The notes: generated by a model not told the origin, from the sequence alone. Numbered from the stretch's first letter, positions 7,803 through 16,410 are shown. The stretch is DNA of 24,000 bases from Candidatus Desulfatibia vada (GCA_014383215.1 JACNIG010000211.1:9181-33180), one strand, 5' to 3'. A program made the numbers and translations.

Positions 7803-7843
7803 CCGTTTATCCAAATGAACAGAAGTAAAACAAGGAAATAGAT

Positions 7844-8332
7844 ATGCAAGCTATTAGCCAAGAAAATAGTGATATCGGGCGTAGACGCTATGGTTCGGAT
7901 CGAAGGGTGTCCGCTGACCCCGGCTACACAGGCCTTGAAAAACGGATCGCCGGAGATCGAAGAAAGGGAATACGACAAAGAAATCTGCAACGATTTCTGA
8001 CCAGTGACCTTACTTTTGGAAAACTGCAGTCTGAATCCGATGAAGAAATTGGACAACTCTTGGATATAAGCAGGTCAGGGCTTGCACTTCGTTGTTTTAC
8101 AAATGGAAAAGATACACAAGATTATTCCGAACTAGATATGTTTCTGTCCGGTGGTGATTTCGCTATTGGCGGAATCTCTATCAAGACTGTTTCAGACACT
8201 GAGCTGGCTAACAGGTCACCATTTAGCACGGTTATCTTTAAGCGCTATGGCGTGAAGTTTGAGAATTTAACGCGCGAGCAAAAAGCCGGGTTGGATTATT
8301 TTCTTATTAATCATACTTCAGGTAAGGCTTAA
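7844..8332 (+). CDS. PilZ domain protein (c-di-GMP receptor candidate)
   Basis: RRKGIR (RRxxxR) is followed about 35 aa later by DISRSG (DxSxxG), the two PilZ c-di-GMP-binding motifs. The N-terminal leader is Arg-rich. AAGGA lies upstream of the ATG. Confidence 0.75.
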   Translation: MQAISQENSDIGRRRYGSDRRVSADPGYTGLEKRIAGDRRKGIRQRNLQRFLTSDLTFGKLQSESDEEIGQLLDISRSGLALRCFTNGKDTQDYSELDMFLSGGDFAIGGISIKTVSDTELANRSPFSTVIFKRYGVKFENLTREQKAGLDYFLINHTSGKA

Positions 8333-8344
8333 ATTTTGAGGCCT

Positions 8345-8569
8345 ATGAACGTAACTACTACAAAAGCTTTGGTACCAACTCAAAATTTCATTCCTTTGCA
8401 TGAAAGTGCCAAGAAAGTTGCGGTTTGCCTCGACCTTTATCCCCGGCGATATCGAAATCAAATTGTATTTGCAATGCGTGCAGCAGATGATTTAGATGGT
8501 AAATACGGGAATAACGGGAGAAAATTGGTAAACCCGAAACTCGCCGAATTTGTAGATATTTATATTTAA
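8345..8569 (+). CDS. Small hypothetical protein (74 aa)
   Basis: ORF starting 13 nt after the PilZ stop (ATG 8345; the track lists TTG 8336). No recognisable motif. Its position suggests co-transcription with the PilZ gene. Confidence 0.35.
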   Translation: MNVTTTKALVPTQNFIPLHESAKKVAVCLDLYPRRYRNQIVFAMRAADDLDGKYGNNGRKLVNPKLAEFVDIYI

Positions 8570-8594
8570 ATAAAATCGCTTCGCGATTTTATTT
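8568..8594. terminator. AT-rich palindrome AAATAAAATCGC-TTC-GCGATTTTATTT between convergent genes
   Basis: 11-12 bp stem paired by hand. A/T runs flank both sides, which is compatible with a bidirectional intrinsic terminator. It overlaps the stop codon of the response-regulator gene. Confidence 0.5.
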
Positions 8595-9080
8595 TAGCAA
8601 GATTTTTGCCAGAATGATTCCAAGGATCAGCCAGACGGGAACGGAAATAATTAGGGCCAGGGTCAGACCGCGGAAAATACCGAGTTGTTTAAAGAGAGTG
8701 TGCTTTTCCAGGGCCCGGCGGATAATTAGTTCCAGAGCCTCAAGATTGATCGGTTTGGGGATGAAATCGTAAGCCCCTTTTTTAACGGCGATAATTGACG
8801 ACTCAATGGTTCCGTAGCCGGTAATGATCAGCACTACGGCCCGGCTGTCCACGGCCTTGATAGCCTCTAAAAGCTCCATGCCGTCCATGTCCGGCAACTT
8901 CAAGTCCAGGATCGCAAGCTGAAAATCTCCCTGTTCAAACTGTGTCAGCCCCTCGCGGCCGCCATAGGCTGCCGTGGCCTGATAGCCCATTTTAACCAAA
9001 AATTCCACCAGCATGTTCGCCAACTGTTGGTCGTCATCAACCACTAAAATCCGTACAGTTTTATCAGTTTTCAGCACCAT
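8589..9080 (-). CDS. Single-domain response regulator (REC) with a C-terminal transmembrane tail
   Basis: The CheY-like residue set is intact: VVDDD, phospho-acceptor in AILDLKLPDMDG, IITGYG, and K in FIPKP. The last ~28 aa (GLTLALIISVPVWLILGIILAKILLK) are a hydrophobic helix. The RBS AAGGAGG precedes the ATG. Confidence 0.85.
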   Translation of the reverse strand: MVLKTDKTVRILVVDDDQQLANMLVEFLVKMGYQATAAYGGREGLTQFEQGDFQLAILDLKLPDMDGMELLEAIKAVDSRAVVLIITGYGTIESSIIAVKKGAYDFIPKPINLEALELIIRRALEKHTLFKQLGIFRGLTLALIISVPVWLILGIILAKILLK

Positions 9081-9242
9081 TACACGCCTCCTTTACCATG
9101 CTGCGATCTTCGACAGGACTGATCCTTGCCACGAAACAATGCCGGTTTGCATCAGTTATATTCATTTTATATTATGGGAGATATAGTTCAAGAAGAAAAT
9201 TTGCCTTACGCCAACAATTCAATTGTCCTCTCGTCCGGATAA

Positions 9243-9271
9243 CGCCTAATCGAGTTTTGGCTCGATTAGGG
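9243..9271 (-). terminator. Copy 2 of the 29-nt hairpin, 3 nt downstream of the sat/cysC-like stop on the minus strand
   Basis: CGCCTAATCGAGTTTTGGCTCGATTAGGG is the exact reverse complement of 1677-1705. The same RNA sequence therefore follows both genes in the sense orientation. Confidence 0.45.
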
Positions 9272-9273
9272 CT

Positions 9274-10989
9274 CTATATATATCCTTTTTGTCCTAACAA
9301 CAGCAGGACCTCCTGGGCGGCCTCATCGGGCGTCAGAGCGGTAGTATCGATTCGCAATTCAGGAGATTTCGGTATTTCATAAGGATCATCCACACCGGTA
9401 AAACCTTTGATAAGCCCGGCCCGGGCTTTGGCGTACATCCCCTTGCGGTCTCTTTTTTCGCAAACCTCTATTGGGGTTGAGACGTGAAGTTCGAAAAATC
9501 CGCCGTAGTTTTCAATGGTTTTCCGAATTTCCGCTCGGGTTTCATTGTAGGGCGCAATGGGAGCACAGATGGCAATGCCGCGGTTTTTGGTGATTTCACC
9601 GGCCACAAATCCGATACGGCGCACGTTGACATCCCGATGCTCTTTGGAGAAATTCAACAGGTTTGAAAGATGCCGCCGTACGATGTCACCGTCCAGCAGA
9701 GTGACCGGGCGGTCCCCTATCTCCAGAAAGCGCGCATATAGAACTTTGGCAATCGTCGACTTTCCGGCTCCTGAAAGGCCGGTCAAAAAAATAGTGAAGC
9801 CCTGTTGGCGCGGGGATGGATATGCTTTGCGAAGCTCCGCTATAACTTCAGGGAAAGTGGCCCACTCCGGTATCCGCCGTCCGGCCCTGATCCTGTCCCG
9901 GATATGGGAACTTGAAAAAGAAATCGTCTGGGTCCCTTCGGGAACCTGGTTCGCGGGACGGTACTCATCTTCAAACGGCAAATAAACCAGCTCTTGGAAA
10001 GGGACAACGGTCACGCCGATTTCTTGACTGTATTCTTCGGCAAGTTCACGGGCCGCATGGCTTTCATAAAAAGGCTTGCCGTTGGCATCAGATCCCGGGC
10101 TGGCGTGGTCGCGACCTACAATGAGATGGGTGCATCCGTAATTTTTTGCAATTATCATATGCAATAGTGCATCCCGGGGGCCGGCCAGACGCATGGAAAG
10201 CGGTAACAAATTCAGCACAAAAGAATCCGGCGGGTAGTGGCGGGTTACCGCACGATAGCATCTTACGCGCGTATAGTGGTCGAAATCGCCGGGTTTTGTC
10301 ATCCCCGTAATCGGAAGCAGCAGCAGATTCGTTTTGGCCTGCCGCATAGCCCTGATGGTCATTTCAAACTGCAGTCGCTGGATAGGGTTGCGGGTCTGAA
10401 ATCCTACGACCCTCTGCCATCCGAGTTTGTGATAGATGCTGCGGACCTCCCGCGGAGACATGCGCAGCTGCTTAAAGTCAAAGTGCAGTGGTAGACTCAA
10501 TACTTCCAGTTTGCCGCCGACATAATGGTTACCTTCGTTATTAAACAGATAATTAACTCCCTGGTGAGTCCGATCGGTAGTTCCGTAAACCCGGGAGGCT
10601 TCTTTCCGGTGATCCAGCGGCCAGATGTCTTCAATATGCATGATTCCCAGCAAAAACCCTTCAGGATCTCTTAAAGTGACCGACTGGCCGACATCAAGGG
10701 TCCTGGCCTGGATATCGGGGAGGCTGAGGCAAACCGGTAGAGGCCAGAGAATTCCACTTTGCAGCCGCATACGGTCCAGAACCGATTCATAATCAGAGCG
10801 GGTCATGAACCCGTCAAGCGGAGAAAAGGCTCCGGTTGCAAGCATCTCAAAATCACACAACTGACGATCGTTTAAAGTAATATCCGGCAGGTTCAGGGCA
10901 ATATCTTTCAGCAAAACGCTTCGTTCCTGATCCACCGGCAAATCCACCAGCGAACCGCCGTGGGGCTCAACCAATGACGCCTTGTTCAT
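9274..10989 (-). CDS. cysC: ATP-sulfurylase-like domain fused to adenylylsulfate (APS) kinase; the sulfurylase HxxH motif is degenerate
   Basis: The N-terminal ~390 aa carry sulfurylase motifs (GFQTRNP, LIVGRDHASPG). The C-terminal ~180 aa form an APS kinase (FLTGLSGAGKSTIA, LLDGDIVR, FSKEHRDVNVRR). I prefer the start at ATG 10989 (MNKASLVEPHGG), which has GGAGGAG 6 nt upstream. The track's longer ORF lacks an RBS. Confidence 0.85.
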   Translation of the reverse strand: MNKASLVEPHGGSLVDLPVDQERSVLLKDIALNLPDITLNDRQLCDFEMLATGAFSPLDGFMTRSDYESVLDRMRLQSGILWPLPVCLSLPDIQARTLDVGQSVTLRDPEGFLLGIMHIEDIWPLDHRKEASRVYGTTDRTHQGVNYLFNNEGNHYVGGKLEVLSLPLHFDFKQLRMSPREVRSIYHKLGWQRVVGFQTRNPIQRLQFEMTIRAMRQAKTNLLLLPITGMTKPGDFDHYTRVRCYRAVTRHYPPDSFVLNLLPLSMRLAGPRDALLHMIIAKNYGCTHLIVGRDHASPGSDANGKPFYESHAARELAEEYSQEIGVTVVPFQELVYLPFEDEYRPANQVPEGTQTISFSSSHIRDRIRAGRRIPEWATFPEVIAELRKAYPSPRQQGFTIFLTGLSGAGKSTIAKVLYARFLEIGDRPVTLLDGDIVRRHLSNLLNFSKEHRDVNVRRIGFVAGEITKNRGIAICAPIAPYNETRAEIRKTIENYGGFFELHVSTPIEVCEKRDRKGMYAKARAGLIKGFTGVDDPYEIPKSPELRIDTTALTPDEAAQEVLLLLGQKGYI

Positions 10990-11048
10990 GTTAAACTCCT
11001 CCAACAACCATTGTAAATAATAACGGTTCTTCTCTCGATTAGTTGATA

Positions 11049-11170
11049 CCAAGGGTTCCAGGATTCAAGGATTCAGCCGTCTTCGCTAAAGCTACGCCGT
11101 GCCAAGAGGGGTCGAGTGCTTTCTTTCAAACGATTTAATAAGTGCTTTGAGCATCCTCTCAACCTCTCGT
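11049..11170. repeat. Dispersed composite repeat (GGTTCCAGGATTCAAGG units, the TTCAGCCGTCTTCGC...GCTACGCCGTGCC motif, and GCTTTC..TCAAAC..GCATCCT.TCAAC)
   Basis: Sub-blocks recur at 16466-16630 and 21970-22006. Lies in the divergent intergenic region between the sat/cysC-like gene and the hydrolase gene. Confidence 0.5.
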
Positions 11171-11351
11171 ATCCCCTCTAAGAGTATCTTTACTTTGCAG
11201 CTATTATACCAGTATTATACCAGAATGAATACTATCAAAATACGATAACGGGGTAAACTTGACATTTGCCGCCTCCGGGTAGTACAATTCGTTGAATTTA
11301 TGATAACAAATAAAACGAATTAAACGCTTATTATTGGGAGAGAGGTGCGCA

Positions 11352-12035
11352 ATGACAGTAAAAATTACCTGGTACGGGCACGCCTGTTTTTTGATAGAAA
11401 CCGCAAAGGCCAAACTGCTGTTGGACCCTTTTATCAGCGGCAATCCCCTCTCTCCGGTTCAAGCCGATCAAGTTGCACCTGATTATATCCTGGTTTCACA
11501 CGGCCACGGCGATCATCTGGGGGACAGCGTTGAAATTGCCAAACGAACCGGAGCAACCGTTGTTTCAAATTATGAAATTTACAACTGGCTGGTGGGGCAG
11601 GGGATTGATAACGCTCATCCGATGCATATCGGCGGCGGTTTTGATTTCCCATGGGGGCGGGTAAAACTGACCATGGCCCAGCATGGATCAGCCCTGCCGG
11701 ATGGTACTTACGGCGGAAATCCCTGCGGGTTTTTGCTCTATCTTGAAACAAAAAAGATCTATCACGCCTGTGATACCGGACTGTTTTACGACATGAAGCT
11801 AATCGGCGAAGAGGGCATCGACCTGGCAATTTTACCCATCGGCGACAATTTTACCATGGGACCCGACGATGCCCTGCGGGCGGTCAAACTGATCGAACCG
11901 GCGCAGGTGGTGCCCATGCACTACAATACGTTTGATATGATCAAGCAGGATGCGCCGGCCTGGGCCTTAAGAGTGGAGCAGGAAACTTCCGCTCAAGTGA
12001 CTGTTATGAATCCGGGCGACCAGCTTACACTTTGA
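11352..12035 (+). CDS. UPF0173-type metal-dependent hydrolase (metallo-beta-lactamase fold)
   Basis: MTVKITWYGHACFLIE...LLLDPF...ILVSHGHGDHLGD...VPMHYNTF is the typical UPF0173/YtkL-like pattern with the HxHxDH motif. ATG 11352 is preferred over the track start 11334. Confidence 0.8.
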   Translation: MTVKITWYGHACFLIETAKAKLLLDPFISGNPLSPVQADQVAPDYILVSHGHGDHLGDSVEIAKRTGATVVSNYEIYNWLVGQGIDNAHPMHIGGGFDFPWGRVKLTMAQHGSALPDGTYGGNPCGFLLYLETKKIYHACDTGLFYDMKLIGEEGIDLAILPIGDNFTMGPDDALRAVKLIEPAQVVPMHYNTFDMIKQDAPAWALRVEQETSAQVTVMNPGDQLTL

Positions 12036-12120
12036 TAGCGTCGTGAAAAGTCCCATCTACTGCGTTATAGTATTTTTTTGTCTCTCGCAGAGCCCGCAGA
12101 GGGCACAGATATTTGGGTTT

Positions 12121-12174
12121 TTTTCCTTACCGCTGAGCCCCGCTATATCTAGCGGGACTCAGCGGTAAGGAAAA
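12121..12174. terminator. 25-bp stem (one mismatch), 4-nt loop hairpin between convergent genes; probable bidirectional terminator
   Basis: TTTTCCTTACCGCTGAGCCCCGCTA-TATC-TAGCGGGACTCAGCGGTAAGGAAAA paired base by base. T/A runs flank both sides. It is nested inside outer imperfect arms at 12081-12109 and 12190-12217. Confidence 0.7.
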
Positions 12175-12231
12175 ATGATAATTATCTTTCTCTGTGTACT
12201 CTGCGAGCTCTGTGAGAGCTTAAAATGCCCT

Positions 12232-15200
12232 TTACTCCACGTATTTTTCTATGTGACGTTTTATTTTTCTGCGTTTGGACGCGGGAGTGATCGACCAGGG
12301 CCCCTCGCCGTTATCAACGCTTTCGTACAATATTTCAAGACCCTCTTTGACAAGGTCTTCATTACCCTCATTCTCTTTTTTCAAGCGATCTAACTCTAAT
12401 AAAAAAATTACTTCGGCCCTGTGTCTCACGGGCAGTGACAGCAATCCTCTGATACTTTTATTTTCAGAACGTTTAAGGCTGGCAATTTGGGTGCTGTAAA
12501 CCTTTTCGAAATGGTTTAAAGACGAGGTATAGTCCCTGGTTTTAAAATTTTTCATGGCACCTTCAAGTGCGGTTTTACGATCAACTATTTCTTCAGGGGC
12601 CGCGGGTTTAGCGGTAGCTACTACTGCCGCTGTCCGGGCATTTCGGGCGGCCGCAAATTCCTGCTCAGGAGCCTGCAATTTTGCAAGAAGCTTCTGACTT
12701 TCATCAATTTTAAGACGGTAGATAAACTCAACATCAATGGCCGCCGGCAGAGCCTGGGCTTTTGTTGCGGCGCGCTGGTAAAACATCAAGGCTGATTCCA
12801 GATTTTGAACGGATGCGGGTGCAGTTGCGCTGAAGCGGTCGCCGGCATCGATCTCTCTGAAAAAAGCGATGAGCCCCAGGGTATTCTGAATGCGTTCTCC
12901 GGCCAGATGCCGGCTTAAGAACTGCTGGTTGTCATAAAGGAGTTTTTCAGCCGTCTGCCACTGGGAAGGGTTGAGGTCGGTGATGATGCGGTCATAGGTT
13001 TGGCCGGCGGCAAGTTCTTTTTGCTGTGTTTGCAGGCGCGCAAGGTGTTCCTGGCTCCCATTGATTTTAAGGCGGTGGATAAACTCAACGTCAATAGCAG
13101 TCGGCAGGGCCTGGGCTTTTGTTGCGGCGCGCTGATAAAACATCAAGGCTGATTCAATGTTATTAATGGATGCGGGTGTGGTTGTGCTGAAGCGATCGCC
13201 TTCATCGATTTCTCTGAAATAATCGATGAGCCCGGCGGTATTCTGTTTGCGTTCTTCATCCAAGTGCTGACTTAAGAACTGCTGGTTGCCATAAAGGAGT
13301 TTTTCAGCCGTCTGCCAATCAGACGGGTTTAAAGCCGCCACGATACGGTCGTAGGTTTGGTCGGCGGCACGCTGCTTCTGCTCGGTTTGCAGGCGCGCAA
13401 TCTGCTTTTGACTTTCATCGATTTTAAGGCGGTGGATAAACTCAACGTCAATAGCAGTCGGCAGGGCCTGGGCTTTTGTTGCGGCGCGCTGATAAAACAT
13501 CAAGGCTGATTCAATGTTATTAATGGATGCGGGTGTGGTTGTGCTGAAGCGATCGCCTTCATCGATTTCTCTGAAATAATCGATGAGCCCGGCGGTATTC
13601 TGTTTGCGTTCTTCATCCAAGTGCTGACTTAAGAACTGCTGGTTGCCATAAAGGAGTTTTTCAGCCGTCTGCCAATCAGACGGGTTTAAAGCCGCCACGA
13701 TACGGTCGTAGGTTTGGTCGGCGGCACGCTGCTTCTGCTCGGTTTGCAGGCGCGCAATCTGCTTTTGACTTTCATCGATTTTAAGGCGGTGGATAAACTC
13801 AACGTCAATAGCAGTCGGCAGGGCCTGGGCTTTTGTTGCGGCGCTCTGATAAGAGCTCAAGGCTGATTCACTGCTTTTGATCGATACGGGCGTTACCTGG
13901 ATGAGACGGTCGCCGGCATCAATGTCTTTGAAAAAAGCAACGAGCAGGGCAGTATTCTGTTGGCGCTCCTGATCGAGATTTTCACTTAAGAACGGCTGGT
14001 TGTCATAAAGGAGCTTTTCAGCCGTCTGCCATTCGGACGGGTTTAAAGCCGCTACGATACGGTCGTAGGTTTGGCCGGCGGCAAGCTGCTTCTGCTCGGT
14101 TTGCAGGCGCGCAATCTGCTCTTTACCGGCATCGATTTTAAGGCGGGGGATAAATTCAACATCAAGGCCGGTGGGCAGGCTTTTAGCTTTTTTTTCAGCG
14201 CTCTGATAAAACATCAAGGCCGATTCGATGCTTTTAATGGATGCGGGTGCGGCCTGGCCGAGACGATCGCCGGCATCGATGTCTTTAAAAAAGGCCGCAA
14301 GCAGTGCAGTCTTCTGTCGGCGCTCCTGATCGAGATTTTCACTTAAGAACTGCTGGTTGTCATAAAGGAGCTTTTCAGCCGTCTGCCATTCGGACGGGTT
14401 TAAAGCCGCCACGATAAGGCCGTAGGTTTGACCGGCGGCAAGCTGCTTTTGCTCGGTTTGCAGGCGCGCAATCTGCTCTTTGCCGGCATTGATTTTAAGA
14501 CGGGGGATAAATTCAACGTCAAGGCCGGTAGGCAGGCTTTTAGCTTTTTGCGCGGCGCTCTGATAGGAGCTTAGGGCTGATTCGCTGCTTTTGATCGATA
14601 TGGGCGTGGCCTGGATGAGCTGGTCGCCGGCATCGATGTCTTTGAAAAAAGCCACGAGCAGTGCAGTATTCTGTTGGCGCTCCTGATCAAGATTTTCACT
14701 TAAGAACGGCTGGTTGTCATAAAGGAGCTTTTCAGCCGTCTGCCATTCGGACGGGTTTAAAGCCGCTACGATACGGTCGTAGGTTTCCCAGGCCAATATT
14801 TCCTGCTGTATTTCTTTTGCAGTGATTTCATCTGTCTGGATATCGGAAGCATCAGATTCGATCAAGCTGTCGCCATGTTTATAAACGGCCTTGACATAAT
14901 ATTCATCTACCTGCCCGCTGGTTCGGAGCACTTTGGCATGCGTCTCTTTAACCTGCCCAAAAAGCTCTTCATTTATAAACAGCTTGTAGCCTACCGGTTC
15001 TCGGGCTGTTGCCGGCCGTTTCCAACCCACGATATTTTTATCGTTTTCACGTTGCATATAAAGGCCGTCCGGGGCGGTAGGCAGAAAGCTGATTTTTATT
15101 TGATAAACCCGATTATCCAAAGAGTAGATGACGGCGGCGTACTTGTTGATATTCGACTCTAAGATTTCGTAATTATGATCATTTACCAGAGGGATGCGGT

Positions 15201-15582
15201 CAATACCAAGATAAAAAGAGATACTGCTGTCGGTTTTGGGGAGCCATAATTCTAAATTATCGTTGCTGATATTGCTTATGGTCCCGAAGGTCTCCTGATA
15301 GTTGATAAGGCCGGCCTTGATCTTTTCCTGAATATTGCGGTCAAAGACCTGTTTTAAAATGATCGTGTTTCTGATCATTTTCTTTTCGGAGGCGTCGCTT
15401 TCGGCAAGTTTTTTGAATAAAATTTTGAGAGGGTAATCCTGATAAGGGCTCTTTTGGGCCTCGAATTCCTTTTTGGTTATAAAATCAACTGCAAAGGCAG
15501 AAGTGCTGTGCAGGCATGTTAAAAACATCCCCAAAAGAATAATTAGCGATATTTTAGCAAAATTTCCTGTTTGATTTTTCAT
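12232..15582 (-). CDS. Secreted 1116-aa repeat protein: signal peptide, N-terminal domain with an FN3-like segment, six 119-aa helical repeats, C-terminal domain
   Basis: The signal peptide is MKNQTGNFAKISLIILLGMFLTCLHSTSAFA. An FN3-like stretch follows (IVGWKRPATAREPVGYKLFINEE...YYVKAVYKHGDSL). It then has six repeats beginning (Q/E)TYDRIVAALNPSEWQTAEKLLYDNQ. The ATG lies 9 nt after the stop of the upstream ABC ATPase gene. Confidence 0.85.
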   Translation of the reverse strand: MKNQTGNFAKISLIILLGMFLTCLHSTSAFAVDFITKKEFEAQKSPYQDYPLKILFKKLAESDASEKKMIRNTIILKQVFDRNIQEKIKAGLINYQETFGTISNISNDNLELWLPKTDSSISFYLGIDRIPLVNDHNYEILESNINKYAAVIYSLDNRVYQIKISFLPTAPDGLYMQRENDKNIVGWKRPATAREPVGYKLFINEELFGQVKETHAKVLRTSGQVDEYYVKAVYKHGDSLIESDASDIQTDEITAKEIQQEILAWETYDRIVAALNPSEWQTAEKLLYDNQPFLSENLDQERQQNTALLVAFFKDIDAGDQLIQATPISIKSSESALSSYQSAAQKAKSLPTGLDVEFIPRLKINAGKEQIARLQTEQKQLAAGQTYGLIVAALNPSEWQTAEKLLYDNQQFLSENLDQERRQKTALLAAFFKDIDAGDRLGQAAPASIKSIESALMFYQSAEKKAKSLPTGLDVEFIPRLKIDAGKEQIARLQTEQKQLAAGQTYDRIVAALNPSEWQTAEKLLYDNQPFLSENLDQERQQNTALLVAFFKDIDAGDRLIQVTPVSIKSSESALSSYQSAATKAQALPTAIDVEFIHRLKIDESQKQIARLQTEQKQRAADQTYDRIVAALNPSDWQTAEKLLYGNQQFLSQHLDEERKQNTAGLIDYFREIDEGDRFSTTTPASINNIESALMFYQRAATKAQALPTAIDVEFIHRLKIDESQKQIARLQTEQKQRAADQTYDRIVAALNPSDWQTAEKLLYGNQQFLSQHLDEERKQNTAGLIDYFREIDEGDRFSTTTPASINNIESALMFYQRAATKAQALPTAIDVEFIHRLKINGSQEHLARLQTQQKELAAGQTYDRIITDLNPSQWQTAEKLLYDNQQFLSRHLAGERIQNTLGLIAFFREIDAGDRFSATAPASVQNLESALMFYQRAATKAQALPAAIDVEFIYRLKIDESQKLLAKLQAPEQEFAAARNARTAAVVATAKPAAPEEIVDRKTALEGAMKNFKTRDYTSSLNHFEKVYSTQIASLKRSENKSIRGLLSLPVRHRAEVIFLLELDRLKKENEGNEDLVKEGLEILYESVDNGEGPWSITPASKRRKIKRHIEKYVE
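12646..14787 (-). repeat. Six in-frame tandem repeats of 357 bp inside the 1116-aa CDS
   Basis: The period was measured from recurring GGCGGTGGAT at 13071, 13428 and 13785. As far as I can read, 13063-13487 equals 13420-13844 exactly (782 bp perfectly periodic). The outer units are more diverged. Confidence 0.9.
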
Positions 15583-15591
15583 TTTTTCCCT

Positions 15592-16410
15592 TTACACTCC
15601 AGGTTCCTTATTAAGAAAGCTGGTTGCTGACATTTCTTTTTGAACTTGCTGTATCTGCCGGCCAAAAAAATCTTGCGGATCATTATTTTCAAATATTTCT
15701 ATGTGCCGAGCGGTGATATTGGGAGGGCTGTTTTTTTGCCGGTTTTCGGTAACAACCAGCAGCGTGTTTAAATGCTGAAAGTTCTTATCGTCCTTAATCT
15801 TTTTACCCATCCAATGGTCGATGAAAAAGATGGTGGCAAGGTTTTTTCGATAAGCTCTTTGCAGGGTCATCCAAAAATAGTGACGTCTTTCGGCATCCAG
15901 ATTCGAGAGCGGTTCATCTAAAAACCAAACGGGCTTTTTTGCATCCAAGACTATATCCATTAATACTTTCTGCTGCTGGCCGCCTGAAAGCAGATCCGGA
16001 TATTCATGGGCAGAGAAAGCGGCGGCCTTTTGCCGGTCGGATCCATTTAAAACCATATAATTGTCACGTGTGGAAACAGGGAGGAAAAAGGCTTTTTGAG
16101 GGAAGATGCAAAAACTCTTTTCCCTGATTTCGGCAGCCCTGATGTAATTAAAACTCTTGGCATTATATGTTTCGTCGTTAAATTTGATTGTTCCCTTATC
16201 AGGGCCGGATGCTCCTCCTATGCTGCCAATTGTTAATGCCAGCATGTTGAGCAGGGTTGTTTTACCGGAGCCGTTATCTCCGTACAGGTAGTAGGCGCCC
16301 TGCTTAAATTCAAGGGTGTCGCCGCTTTCCAGAGTAAAAGTAATGCTGAATGAGTCGTTCTGGGTCAATATTAAAGGAAATGTAACCTCAAAACGGTTGG
16401 CCTTCGACAT
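15592..16410 (-). CDS. ABC-transporter-type ATP-binding protein
   Basis: Walker A GDNGSGKTT, Q-loop FPQKAFF, signature LSGGQQQK, Walker B VWFLDEP plus D-loop SNLD, and H-loop FFIDHW. N- and C-terminal extensions are present relative to minimal NBDs. Confidence 0.85.
   Translation of the reverse strand: MSKANRFEVTFPLILTQNDSFSITFTLESGDTLEFKQGAYYLYGDNGSGKTTLLNMLALTIGSIGGASGPDKGTIKFNDETYNAKSFNYIRAAEIREKSFCIFPQKAFFLPVSTRDNYMVLNGSDRQKAAAFSAHEYPDLLSGGQQQKVLMDIVLDAKKPVWFLDEPLSNLDAERRHYFWMTLQRAYRKNLATIFFIDHWMGKKIKDDKNFQHLNTLLVVTENRQKNSPPNITARHIEIFENNDPQDFFGRQIQQVQKEMSATSFLNKEPGV

Noticed and set aside
9098-9382. 94-aa plus-strand ORF
   Set aside because: It spans the response-regulator promoter region, the 29-nt hairpin and the antisense 3' end of the sat/cysC-like gene. 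It has no RBS and an implausible composition.
11204-11443. 79-aa minus-strand ORF overlapping the hydrolase start
   Set aside because: It is antisense to the well-supported UPF0173 gene start and runs into repeat and promoter DNA.
12646-14787. Possible CRISPR array or other non-coding repeat array, given the regular long repeats
   Set aside because: The period is 357 bp with no unique spacers, and the repeats stay in frame within one long ORF. The heptamer tracts elsewhere are far too short-period to be CRISPR.
12275-15162. Plus-strand ORFs 12275-12499, 14071-14346 and 14875-15162, antisense to the 1116-aa gene
   Set aside because: These are shadow ORFs opposite a long, well-supported minus-strand CDS. 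They are repeat-derived, low-complexity or both.
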